In this document: piece after piece, positions 8,483 to 16,566 of the stretch
Layout: every line of letters begins with the position of its first letter
Numbering within the stretch: the stretch's first letter is position 1
Origin: Calditrichia bacterium
GTDB taxonomy: Bacteria > Calditrichota > Calditrichia > RBG-13-44-9
NCBI GenBank assembly: GCA_037381445.1
Contig: JARRQT010000041.1
Span: 1 to 16,566, forward strand
DNA: 16,566 bases
Direction of reading: 5' to 3'
Notes under the pieces: model-generated
Databases searched by the model: none
What the model was told of the DNA's origin: nothing
Seen by the model: only the letters and a program-made list of their open reading frames with translations
Position numbers and translations under genes: made by a program

Positions 8483-9493
8483 ATGAACATACCTGAAAAA
8501 ATGCAGGCGATGGTACTGGAAAAACAGGGGGAACCATTGAAATATAAGGAAGTACCGGTTCCCAAACCGTCACCGCGCCAGATGCTGCTGAAAATTCATG
8601 CCTGCGGGGTGTGCAGAACGGATTTGCACATTGTGGATAAGGAGCTGCCGAATCCGAAACTGCCCCTTATTCCGGGTCATGAAATTGTGAGCTCGGTTGT
8701 TCAGAAAGGAGAGCAGGTAAAGGGATTTGAAATCGGCGACCGGGTAGGAGTCCCCTGGCTGGGATATACGGACGGGGACTGCAAATTCTGTAAACGCGGC
8801 CAGGAAAACCTGTGCGAAAATGCCAAATTCACCGGTTATACCATTGACGGCGGGTATGCGGAATATACTGTCGCGGACTACAATTACTGTTTCCATCTTC
8901 CGGAGTCCTATTCCCATCCCGAAGTGGCACCGCTGCTTTGCGCCGGGCTGATCGGCTTCCGCACCTATCGGATGGCTGGGGAGCATGTGACGAATCTGGG
9001 CATCTACGGATTCGGAGCCGCCGCTCATATCGTGGCACAAATCGCTGTCCATCAGGGCAAACGGATATTTGCCTTTACCCGTCCGGGAGATACCGCCTCT
9101 CAGGAATTCGCCAAACGTCTGGGAGCGGTCTGGGCCGGGGATTCCACCGTGAAACCTCCCGAGGAACTGGATGCGGCCCTTATTTTCGCGCCGGTAGGAT
9201 CGCTGATTCCCGCGGCACTGAAGGCCACTATCCGGGGCGGCGTGGTGGTCAGCGGCGGCATTCATATGAGCGATATTCCTTCCTTTCCTTACCGCATATT
9301 ATGGGAAGAACGGGTGATACGCTCCGTCGCTAATCTCACCCGCAAAGATGGGGAAGAGATGATGAAGGTGGCGCCGGAGGTTCCGGTTAAAACCGAAGTG
9401 CACACTTTTCCGCTCAAGGAAGCGAACGAGGTGCTGAATAAGCTTCGTGAGGGGAAGATTGAGGGCGCCGGGGTGCTGATGATGCCGGAATAG
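8483..9493 (+). CDS. Zinc-dependent alcohol dehydrogenase family protein (MDR superfamily)
   Basis: CGVCRTD, GHE, DGDCKFC...NLC structural Zn loop, PLLCAG and GIYGFGAAA nucleotide-binding motif; SD GGAGG upstream. Confidence 0.95.
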   Translation: MNIPEKMQAMVLEKQGEPLKYKEVPVPKPSPRQMLLKIHACGVCRTDLHIVDKELPNPKLPLIPGHEIVSSVVQKGEQVKGFEIGDRVGVPWLGYTDGDCKFCKRGQENLCENAKFTGYTIDGGYAEYTVADYNYCFHLPESYSHPEVAPLLCAGLIGFRTYRMAGEHVTNLGIYGFGAAAHIVAQIAVHQGKRIFAFTRPGDTASQEFAKRLGAVWAGDSTVKPPEELDAALIFAPVGSLIPAALKATIRGGVVVSGGIHMSDIPSFPYRILWEERVIRSVANLTRKDGEEMMKVAPEVPVKTEVHTFPLKEANEVLNKLREGKIEGAGVLMMPE

Positions 9494-9575
9494 AAAACCG
9501 GTAAATTCATTGCTTTCTGAAACAGTATAGAGGGTGAGTTATGCGGCCTGTTTTTTGTGGAGAAATTGCGGAATA

Positions 9576-10352
9576 TCAGATATTCAATAGAGCCGGTTGA
9601 ATGCGCAGGGGAAGTTCCAGATCGTTGGTTTCCAGCAGTTCCCTGTTCCTGAATATTTCGGTTGCCGGTCCGTCGGACACAAGCAGGCCTTTGTTCAATA
9701 TGATTACCCGGCTGCAGGTTTCCAGTGCCATATCCAGATCGTGGGTGGTAAGCAGGATGGTCCGGGGACTATTTTGAATCCAGCGGATGATTTTTCGCCG
9801 GTGGGCGAGGTCCAGGTTGCTGGTGGGTTCATCCATGGCGATAATCCGGGGCTGCATGGAAAGAACGGTTGCGATACTGGCCAGCTTGCGCTCGCCGAAA
9901 CTGAGGTGAAAGGAAGACCGCTGCTCGAAACCTTCCAGTCCCACGTCCTGCAGGGCGCTGTGCACGCTGCGCTTGACCTCCTCCGATGACCAACCCATAT
10001 TGAGGGGCCCAAAGGCCACATCTTCAAAAATTGTGGGACAAAAAAGCTGATCATCCGGGTTCTGGAAAACGAGGCCTACCAGCGTTTTTATTCTTATGAG
10101 ATTCTTTTTCGCGACCGGGAGTCCCAGAATTTCCAGTTTTCCCCCGCCCTGCCTCACACCGTTAAAAAGCGTCAGCAATGTGGATTTTCCCGATCCGTTG
10201 GGACCGATAATAGCCACCTTCTCACCCTGCGAAATTTCAAAAGAAAGTCCCTTCAGAGCGGCGGTCCCGTCAGGATAATGGAAAGTGATCCCTTCGGCCC
10301 GAACGGCTTTGGCATTTTCATCGATTTCCGGTATCTCAACTTTATTTGTCAT
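9576..10352 (-). CDS. nikO/cbiO: ECF-type nickel/cobalt transporter ATP-binding subunit (NikO/CbiO)
   Basis: Walker A GPNGSGKST, Q-loop VFQNPDDQLF, signature LSFGE, Walker B IIAMDEP, H-loop TTHD; last gene of the nik operon. The start could instead be the adjacent GTG at 10355. Confidence 0.93.
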   Translation of the reverse strand: MTNKVEIPEIDENAKAVRAEGITFHYPDGTAALKGLSFEISQGEKVAIIGPNGSGKSTLLTLFNGVRQGGGKLEILGLPVAKKNLIRIKTLVGLVFQNPDDQLFCPTIFEDVAFGPLNMGWSSEEVKRSVHSALQDVGLEGFEQRSSFHLSFGERKLASIATVLSMQPRIIAMDEPTSNLDLAHRRKIIRWIQNSPRTILLTTHDLDMALETCSRVIILNKGLLVSDGPATEIFRNRELLETNDLELPLRIQPALLNI

Positions 10353-10385
10353 CACAAAATTTTCCTTTTATATCCTGCGAAATTG

Positions 10386-11141
10386 TCATACTAAAAAAGG
10401 AATGCATAAAAAGATCAGGAACACGGCAAGCACCATGCTGTCCGAAAATTTCCATTCCAGTTCGCCGATGGTATAAATCTCGCCGCTGAATCCTCTGGCG
10501 TCCATGGCTTGGTACACCCGCTCCCCCCTTTCATAGGTCCTGATAAAGAGCACCCCGATCTGGCGGGCCAGCATTTTCAGGCGGGTGAAAACCGGCAGCC
10601 TGATATAGCGTGACTGAAAAGCCATCAGCATGCGTTCCGTTTCATCGATCAGCAGAAAGATGAAACGGTACATAAAAGACAGGATAATGATCATCACCCG
10701 CGGTACCTTCAGCTTTTCCATTCCCTTCAGCAGCATTGAAAAATCGGTGGTGGTGGTCAAAACAATGGACATGAACATGGCGAGAATAGACTTGATATTG
10801 ATCATCAAGAATTTTTGCAGTCCCGGTTCATAAATTTTTAAAAATCCCCAATGATAACCCACACCGTTCCCGCCAGGAAAAAAGGGCAGCAGGAACGTGA
10901 TCAAAAAGATCATGGGATAGATTTTTGAAAGCTTGGACAGAAAGTGAAAAAAGGACACCCCGCTGGCAAGGGCCAGGACAACAGGTATGACCGTCAGATA
11001 CATGAAATAATGTTTTGCCGAATAGGGAATGGCCACCACCACCAGGATATAAAGCACCATCATTATGACTTTAAGGCGCGGATCCGCTTTGTGAACGGGG
11101 CTGTCGCCGGCACGGTGATGATCGAGAAAATCGTGTTTCAT
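10386..11141 (-). CDS. nikQ/cbiQ: ECF transporter transmembrane T component (NikQ/CbiQ)
   Basis: True start is ATG 11141 (MKHDFLDHHRAGDSPVHKADPRLK), which overlaps the nikN stop as ATGA. Multiple TM helices, MYRFIFLL..E, SR and RTYERGERVYQAMDARGF motifs; 251 aa. Confidence 0.93.
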   Translation of the reverse strand: MKHDFLDHHRAGDSPVHKADPRLKVIMMVLYILVVVAIPYSAKHYFMYLTVIPVVLALASGVSFFHFLSKLSKIYPMIFLITFLLPFFPGGNGVGYHWGFLKIYEPGLQKFLMINIKSILAMFMSIVLTTTTDFSMLLKGMEKLKVPRVMIIILSFMYRFIFLLIDETERMLMAFQSRYIRLPVFTRLKMLARQIGVLFIRTYERGERVYQAMDARGFSGEIYTIGELEWKFSDSMVLAVFLIFLCIPFLV

Positions 11142-11449
11142 GATTTTCGTCTCCTTTTTTGCGGGCCCCGGTTCCGGAAATGATAAATCAGGTAAATGAT
11201 GCCGGACAGAAGACCCGCTCCGATCAGGCCTGAGAGGATTTGGTTTAACCCGGATGGCAGTTGGGAGGACACGGTGTAATCTGCCAGCGGCGCCGCGTGC
11301 TGAGGATTGTCGTGATGGAGAATTCCCAGTTTCCCCGCTACACTTTCCAGGCCGTCCGGGAGAGAGGATGAAAAAATGGTCAGGAGAAGCAAAATGATAA
11401 AAATACCGAAGATTATCCACCCAAGACGAACGCTGCTGAGTTTTCTCAT
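11138..11449 (-). CDS. nikN: PDGLE-domain membrane protein (NikN-like auxiliary component)
   Basis: 103 aa; two hydrophobic segments flanking SSSLPDGLESVA and APLADY motifs; ATGA overlaps with nikM and nikQ. Confidence 0.9.
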   Translation of the reverse strand: MRKLSSVRLGWIIFGIFIILLLLTIFSSSLPDGLESVAGKLGILHHDNPQHAAPLADYTVSSQLPSGLNQILSGLIGAGLLSGIIYLIYHFRNRGPQKRRRKS

Positions 11450-12117
11450 TTTTCTGCGGCCTCCTTTACCGGCGATTCAAGGGAAAGAATCATATCGGGA
11501 CGGATACTGCGGATGGATTCGTAAATGAACAGGGTCATGATCCCTTCCAGCAAGCCAATGACGGCATGAACGCCGGCGAGCAGCCCGATGCTCACTTTCA
11601 TGTCCGCCAGACCGGAAAATCCCAGCTCTGTGCCGCACAAAATTGCGCTGACTTCCACAGAAATCCATGCTGCCAGGAAAACGGAAAAGGACTGAAAAAG
11701 ACGCGAGTGAAAAAATTTTCTGTTAATCCTCTCCAGATGGTAAAAAAGGAGGTAACTGATCCCGACTCCGGTGATGCCCATGTTGAGAATATTCGCGCCC
11801 AGCGCAGTGATCCCGCCATCCTGAAAAAGGAGCATCTGCACTACCAGTACCAGTGCGATGATGAAAATCCCTGCCGACGGGCCCACCACCAGCGCTGCCA
11901 GAAATCCCCCCAGAAGATGGCCGGAGGTCCCGCCGGTCACCGGAATGTTGATCATTTGCGCCACAAATATGAAAGCCGCCAGCATGGCAATTTTGGGCAC
12001 GGTCTGCTGGTCAAACTGCTTTTTGACCTTCTGCCACACAATTGCCAGCCCGCTGACAGAAACCGTGTACGTTGCGGCGATGGTCGGTGTATTCAGAAAA
12101 CCGTCAGGAATATGCAT
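11446..12117 (-). CDS. nikM/cbiM: ECF transporter substrate-binding S component NikM (CbiM family)
   Basis: N-terminal MHIPDGFL metal-binding motif (NikM-type rather than the CbiM MHIMEG type), GGTSGHLLG, DGGITALGAN and HAVIGLLEG. Confidence 0.95.
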   Translation of the reverse strand: MHIPDGFLNTPTIAATYTVSVSGLAIVWQKVKKQFDQQTVPKIAMLAAFIFVAQMINIPVTGGTSGHLLGGFLAALVVGPSAGIFIIALVLVVQMLLFQDGGITALGANILNMGITGVGISYLLFYHLERINRKFFHSRLFQSFSVFLAAWISVEVSAILCGTELGFSGLADMKVSIGLLAGVHAVIGLLEGIMTLFIYESIRSIRPDMILSLESPVKEAAEK

Positions 12118-12120
12118 GGC

Positions 12121-12534
12121 CTAAATCAGATCCTTTCCTGTGGATGTCAGGTTCAATGTTCCATGTTTCACGCCCTTGGCGGCAATGAGCTTCTCCGCCA
12201 GCTGTTTTACATCCTGGCTCTTTCCGCGCATCAGGATCACCTCGATGCAGTTGTCATGGTCCAGGTGAATATGCATGGAAGAAAGGACCTGATCGTGGTG
12301 ATCGTGCTGAATATCGGTCAGTTTATCTGTCAGTTCGCGGCGGTGATGATTATACAGAATGTTTACTACACCCACCACCTCGGCATTTTTATTAACTTCT
12401 TCCTGAATCAGTTCTTTTCGGATCAGATCGCGAATGGCTTCGGAACGGTTTGAATAGTGTTTCTTTTCAATATGTTCATCGAAATTCTTGCTCAATTCAT
12501 CGGGAATTGAAACGCCAAATCGAATCAGTTTCAT
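12121..12534 (-). CDS. nikR: Nickel-responsive transcriptional regulator NikR
   Basis: Ribbon-helix-helix N-terminus RFGVSI...YSNRSEAIRDLIR; ACT-like domain with Ni ligands QH...HIHL...C(IEV); SD GAGG upstream. Confidence 0.97.
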   Translation of the reverse strand: MKLIRFGVSIPDELSKNFDEHIEKKHYSNRSEAIRDLIRKELIQEEVNKNAEVVGVVNILYNHHRRELTDKLTDIQHDHHDQVLSSMHIHLDHDNCIEVILMRGKSQDVKQLAEKLIAAKGVKHGTLNLTSTGKDLI

Positions 12535-12549
12535 ATGACAGCCTCATTC

Positions 12550-12576
12550 GTAATATTTTTCATGAAATAGTAACAC
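12550..12576. promoter_or_regulatory. Putative NikR operator
   Basis: + strand GTAATAT-N13-GTAACAC, containing TAATA-N15-TAACA (fits the TRWYA-N15-TRWYA NikR consensus). Overlaps the -10 box and lies just upstream of the nikR SD. Confidence 0.7.
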
Positions 12577-12595
12577 TAAAAGTAAAAAAATGCAA
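12567..12595 (-). promoter_or_regulatory. Sigma70-type promoter of nikR-nikMNQO
   Basis: TTGCAT (12595-12590), 17-nt spacer, TACTAT (12572-12567), 32 nt upstream of the nikR ATG. Confidence 0.7.
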
Positions 12596-12663
12596 GTGGA
12601 GAGATTAATTGTGTCACGCTTTTGGCACGGCAAGCCGCACGGGGATTTAAATCCGTGCATATG

Positions 12664-12688
12664 AAAAAGGCAGGAAATCCATCCTGCC
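12664..12688 (-). terminator. Rho-independent terminator downstream of the mltD-like gene
   Basis: Minus strand GGCAGGA-TGGATT-TCCTGCC (7-bp stem, 6-nt loop) followed by TTTTT, 31 nt after the stop at 12720. Confidence 0.8.
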
Positions 12689-12719
12689 CAATTATTCTCT
12701 GAATTGCAATAAAATTAAT

Positions 12720-14591
12720 TTAGTCCGAAACGACGATTTTGAGCTGATCTCCGGGCCTAATCCGGTTGCTGCGGCGGTTATTCCAGTTTTTTATGTCCCG
12801 AATGCTGACGCCGTATCTGGACGCGATATCCCATAGGGTATCGCCGCTTCGCACGGTATACATGATGGTTTTTCCGTTGCCGCCATCTGTACCGGCTTCA
12901 GTTGAGGTCGGTGGTGCCGGAGGGCCCTGCGTTTCATTATCCGCCAGCAAGGCTGACGTTTTGGGGAGCCAGATATTGAGTTCCTGCCCGGGATGGATAA
13001 TCCGGGAGTAACCCAAGCCGTTCCAGGACCGGATCTGCGTCAGCGTGACGCCATACCGGGTCGCGATTTCCCACAGACTTTCGCCCTGCCGTACAATATG
13101 CACCTGTTTTTCCCGGCCCGGTACATTGGCGACGGGCTTCGACCGGCGACTTGATCTCGGCGGAGTATAGCGCGATGCATATTTATAATTGTATTTCTTG
13201 TTTTGAGGGACTGGTATAACCAGCGACTGACCGGCCCGGATAAAACTGCCGCGAATCTTATTGAAACGTTTTATTTCAGACATGCTCACCCGGTATCTTT
13301 GAGCGATTGTTGAGAGCGTCTCGCCAGAACGAATGCGGTGATGAATCCAGGTAAGCTTCTGGTCATCCGGAACCTTGGCATAATTTTCCAGAAACTGCAC
13401 TCGTGTGCCCCTGGGGATATTCAGAATCCAGCTGTCCAGATCGGGAGGGGTGCACCAGCGGAGAAGCGCGGGATTCAATTTCTTGACTTCATCAAAACTG
13501 CTGCCCACGCAGTTTGCCACTACATTCAGATCCACGCATTCCCGTACCGTCACGGTGTCGAATTCCACCGGTGATTCTTCATCGACAAAAAAACCATATT
13601 TTTCGGGAGACTTTGCCATCAGTGCGGCGGCGATGAAAGTGGGAACATAATTCCGGGTCTGGCGGGGCAAGCGGGGCAGTTCCCAGAACTCATCCACATT
13701 ATATCTTTGAATCCGTTTTTCAATTTTTCCGGGGCTGAAATTATACCCGGCGATGGCAAGATACCAGTTATTGAATCTTCCGTAGAGGTCTTTCAAATGT
13801 TTCGCAGCCGCCCGGGTCGATTTCTCAGGGTCACGGCGCTCGTCATACCACCAGCTGCTGGTCAGACCATAGGCCTTGCCGGTGCTGTAGATAAATTGCC
13901 ACATGCCTACCGCTCTGGCATAGGAATTGGCATAGGGGTTGAATCCGCTTTCGATCATGGCAAGGTAATAAAGTTCCTCCGGCACCTGCTCTTCATTTAG
14001 AATCTCTTTTGCCAGGTTTCTGTATTTCCCGGCCCGCTGCAGCCATTTTGTGAACACTCTGCGGCCTCTGCTCTGGAAATATTTGATGGCATTTTCCACT
14101 TTCTGGTTCAGAACCAGGGGGATTGCCAGCTGTTCTTCATCCTCGATAACGTCGGGGATGGAAACCAACGTGCTGTCATTTTCCCGCGCGGCAAGACTGT
14201 CTTCCATATCCGAAAGCGCCTGCAGGACATTGGCGGCGCTGAGGGTATCATTTTCAATACCATTCATGCGTTCGAGATATCTTGCATATTCCAGCGAAAT
14301 ATTTTCCAGGGTGCCCAAAGAGATAGAATCCAGTGTCTGGATATCCTGTTTCTGCAGATCACCAACAATATCCATTGCCTTCCCATAATAGTAATCGGCT
14401 CCCATCGTATCGGCTATTTGTTCGGCTTCCTTCGCCAGTTGGACGAAAGACAGCGCCTGGTCCAGCGGCGAATTTTTTTCCTGAGCAGAAATATTCTGTT
14501 CCGGTGCAGGGGCCGGTTTTTTATTGCTCTTCAAACCGGCACAGGATGAAAATAGTAAAATCGTAACCAGCAAGATAAAACCGTACTTCAT
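12720..14591 (-). CDS. mltD: Lipoprotein lytic murein transglycosylase with SLT domain and three LysM domains (MltD-like)
   Basis: Lipoprotein signal peptide (LFSS-C17); SLT motifs AMIESGFN (catalytic Glu), AVGMWQF, DERRDP and TRNYVP; LysM repeats HRIRSGETLSTIA, HIVRQGESLWEIA and YTVRSGDTLWDIA. Confidence 0.92.
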   Translation of the reverse strand: MKYGFILLVTILLFSSCAGLKSNKKPAPAPEQNISAQEKNSPLDQALSFVQLAKEAEQIADTMGADYYYGKAMDIVGDLQKQDIQTLDSISLGTLENISLEYARYLERMNGIENDTLSAANVLQALSDMEDSLAARENDSTLVSIPDVIEDEEQLAIPLVLNQKVENAIKYFQSRGRRVFTKWLQRAGKYRNLAKEILNEEQVPEELYYLAMIESGFNPYANSYARAVGMWQFIYSTGKAYGLTSSWWYDERRDPEKSTRAAAKHLKDLYGRFNNWYLAIAGYNFSPGKIEKRIQRYNVDEFWELPRLPRQTRNYVPTFIAAALMAKSPEKYGFFVDEESPVEFDTVTVRECVDLNVVANCVGSSFDEVKKLNPALLRWCTPPDLDSWILNIPRGTRVQFLENYAKVPDDQKLTWIHHRIRSGETLSTIAQRYRVSMSEIKRFNKIRGSFIRAGQSLVIPVPQNKKYNYKYASRYTPPRSSRRSKPVANVPGREKQVHIVRQGESLWEIATRYGVTLTQIRSWNGLGYSRIIHPGQELNIWLPKTSALLADNETQGPPAPPTSTEAGTDGGNGKTIMYTVRSGDTLWDIASRYGVSIRDIKNWNNRRSNRIRPGDQLKIVVSD

Positions 14592-15088
14592 ACAGACAAT
14601 ATTCCTTTCTTAACAAGTTCAACAACCTTCCGGATGAAATCGGAGGTGGAGCGGCCTGGTGTGAGCGGAATGGGAACAACCTCCCCGCCGTTAGCCCAGA
14701 CAACCTCCCGCCCGACAATCTCTTCAATCCTGTAATCGCCGCCTTTCACCAGCACATCAGGAACCAGTGCAGCGATCGTTTCCGCCGGCGTTTCCTCATC
14801 GAACAGGCAGACGTAATCCACGGATTCCAGCGCCGCCAGTACCACCGCTCGGTCTTCCTGATCCATGAGCGGGCGGCCCGGGCTTTTCAGTTTCCTGGCC
14901 GAAAAATCGCTGTTCAGACCAAGCATCAGGACGTCGCCCAGGGAGCGCGCTTTCTCAAGATATTCCACATGCCCGCGATGGAGAATGTCGAATATGCCGT
15001 TGGTGAAAACCACTTTTTTGTGCTTTTCGCGAAAATCCTGCCGGATGCTAACCAGCTGAGGAAGCGTTTTAATTTTTTCCTTTATCAT
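14588..15088 (-). CDS. rfaE2: D-glycero-beta-D-manno-heptose 1-phosphate adenylyltransferase (HldE domain II / HldC)
   Basis: VVFTNGIFDILHRGHVEYL, GLNSD, GRP, FDEETP, LVKGGDY and GRSTS motifs; 166 aa. Confidence 0.95.
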   Translation of the reverse strand: MIKEKIKTLPQLVSIRQDFREKHKKVVFTNGIFDILHRGHVEYLEKARSLGDVLMLGLNSDFSARKLKSPGRPLMDQEDRAVVLAALESVDYVCLFDEETPAETIAALVPDVLVKGGDYRIEEIVGREVVWANGGEVVPIPLTPGRSTSDFIRKVVELVKKGILSV

Positions 15089-15322
15089 TTTCCCGGTAAT
15101 CCGTTTTCAGTACCGAAAGAAGAAATTATTAAACCAGCAGTTAAAATCCTATAAAATCAAAAACAACCATATCCTGAATTTCCGGGAGAAGAACGGATTC
15201 CCGGATTTTAATTTGAAAAGCTTGAAAAAGAGAAAACCATCCGTGAATTCGGAAATTCCCGGATCATTTTTAAAACGAATCATCAGAAGCAGTGAGAAGC
15301 CGACGCCATGATACCCTAGTGC

Positions 15323-16330
15323 TCATTTATTCACTGAATTCTGACTTTTCAGAATTGATGTCATCAGCCGCTCCAGGTCTACGGGCACAACGCCCACTTC
15401 TTCGCAAACCAGCCCGGCCGCGTAATTGGAAAGTGTGACGGCCTCCTTCATAGTGGCGCCGCCGCACAACGCATAGGTCAGTGTGGCAATCACCGTATCC
15501 CCGGCACCGGACACATCGGCGACCTTGCGGGCGCGGGTATCCAGAAATGCCGGTTCCTCTCCCTGTTCGAACAATGCCATTCCCCTGGAACCGCGGGTGA
15601 TCAGCACGGCCCTGGAATTGAGGGAACGGAGCAGATCCGCGCCGGCGTTCTTCACATCCGCCTCATCCCGGATTCGAATGGCCAGCGCCTCCTCGGCCTC
15701 TTTTGTGTTGGGTTTGAACAGGGTAACATTTTTAAAAGAGAAGAAATTTTCGAATTTAGGATCGACGGTCACATATCTACCGTGCCGGTTGGCCAGATCG
15801 GTGATATGTTCCACCAGCGGCGGGACCGCCACTCCTTTATTATAATCCTGAATAATGATTGCGGAAACGTCATCAATGAGGGAAACAAAAATATCGAACA
15901 GTTTTTCCTGCACAGAATTTGGGAGCGGTAAAACCGATTCCTTATCGACCCGCGCCACGTGCTGATTATTTCCGATTATGCGTGTTTTTACGGTGGTGGG
16001 ACGGTCATCGGAAACAACGATTCCATCCGATGGCAGATTGTTTTCCCGGAGCATATCCAGAAACACACTGCCCATCCGGTCGTTTCCCACAACCCCGGTG
16101 AGTACCGGGGTAGCCTTTAGTCCTACCAGGTTGTAGGCGACGTTGGCCGCGCCTCCAAAGCGCAGTTGTTCGGAAGCGATATTAATGATGGGCACCGGCG
16201 CTTCCGGCGACAGGCGGGAGACTTCCCCCCACAAATATTCATCCACCATCAAATCGCCAAAGACGATGATTTTCTTTCCTTCGGCATTCGCGGCAATTTC
16301 CTGCAAGCGTTTTTCTGTAAAGCGAATCAA
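15323..16330 (-). CDS. rfaE1: D-glycero-beta-D-manno-heptose-7-phosphate kinase (HldE domain I / HldA)
   Basis: GDLMVDEYLWG..RLSPEAPVP, GGAANVA, TTVKTRI, QDYNKG, VDPK, KPN..E and DVSGAGDT (PfkB family); TTG start with GGAG SD. Confidence 0.95.
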   Translation of the reverse strand: MIRFTEKRLQEIAANAEGKKIIVFGDLMVDEYLWGEVSRLSPEAPVPIINIASEQLRFGGAANVAYNLVGLKATPVLTGVVGNDRMGSVFLDMLRENNLPSDGIVVSDDRPTTVKTRIIGNNQHVARVDKESVLPLPNSVQEKLFDIFVSLIDDVSAIIIQDYNKGVAVPPLVEHITDLANRHGRYVTVDPKFENFFSFKNVTLFKPNTKEAEEALAIRIRDEADVKNAGADLLRSLNSRAVLITRGSRGMALFEQGEEPAFLDTRARKVADVSGAGDTVIATLTYALCGGATMKEAVTLSNYAAGLVCEEVGVVPVDLERLMTSILKSQNSVNK

Positions 16331-16480
16331 AAACAGTCTCCGAAATAATATTCAACCTAATTTAATAATCGAACCGTCTGCTGCTATCTTGAAAGATGCC
16401 GGCCGGACAATCAGGCGATATGTAGGCAAATTGTTTTAACCGGCCAATGGTGATGATTCCGGAAGCGGGTAGTCAGATTT

Positions 16481-16566
16481 CTATTTTTCCAAAATTTTTG
16501 TGAAAAAGCTCAAAACCGGCTCTTTTACCATACTCACCACAAACAACAGAATTAAAAGAGGAAATC
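16481..16566 (-). CDS. 3' end of a probable membrane protein; partial, enters from the right edge
   Basis: Open minus-strand frame ...FPLLILLFVVSMVKEPVLSFFTKILEK* (TAG at 16483-16481): a hydrophobic segment plus amphipathic tail, co-directional with rfaE1. Only 27 codons are visible. Confidence 0.45.
   Translation of the reverse strand, partial: FPLLILLFVVSMVKEPVLSFFTKILEK

Noticed and set aside
11142..11420. 93-aa N-terminal extension of nikQ in the ORF track (10386..11420)
   Set aside because: Overlaps nikN in another frame; the family-typical start is ATG 11141 with an ATGA overlap.
11566..12453. 295-aa + strand ORF
   Set aside because: Antisense to nikM and nikR, which lie in the same frame register; a shadow ORF without motifs.
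12622..12640. TTGGCACG as a sigma54 -24 element
   Set aside because: No TTGC -12 element at the required GG-N10-GC spacing, and no + strand gene downstream.
12535..12719. Cobalamin or NiCo riboswitch upstream of the ECF operon
   Set aside because: No B12-box or NiCo-like motifs seen, and the predicted leader after the promoter is only about 25 nt; NikR control explains the regulation.
1..16566. CRISPR arrays, IS elements, prophage, tRNA or rRNA genes, CIRCE element
   Set aside because: No regularly spaced repeats, transposase or integrase ORFs, tRNA-like cloverleafs or TTAGCACTC-N9-GAGTGCTAA seen on manual reading.

Overview
A chromosomal housekeeping and metabolic region from a Gram-negative, LPS-producing bacterium; the gene content suggests an FCB-related lineage such as Calditrichota, but that is inference only. 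Left to right: (-) lepA-lepB-hemW, with hemW running off the left edge; (+) long-chain acyl-CoA ligase, DEAD-box RNA helicase, a 60-aa conserved small protein, an SDR oxidoreductase and a Zn-dependent alcohol dehydrogenase; (-) a nikR-nikMNQO nickel ECF transporter operon with a recognisable promoter and NikR operator; (-) rfaE1, rfaE2 and a LysM lytic transglycosylase (mltD-like) ending at an intrinsic terminator; and the 3' end of a probable membrane protein gene at the right edge. No mobile element, CRISPR array, tRNA or rRNA was seen. The main anomaly is absent from the ORF track: the lepB frame has no stop and runs in-frame into hemW, while the normal LepB C-terminus lies stranded in the +1 frame. 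Also notable is a candidate ~155-nt rod-like structured RNA between the ligase and helicase genes.
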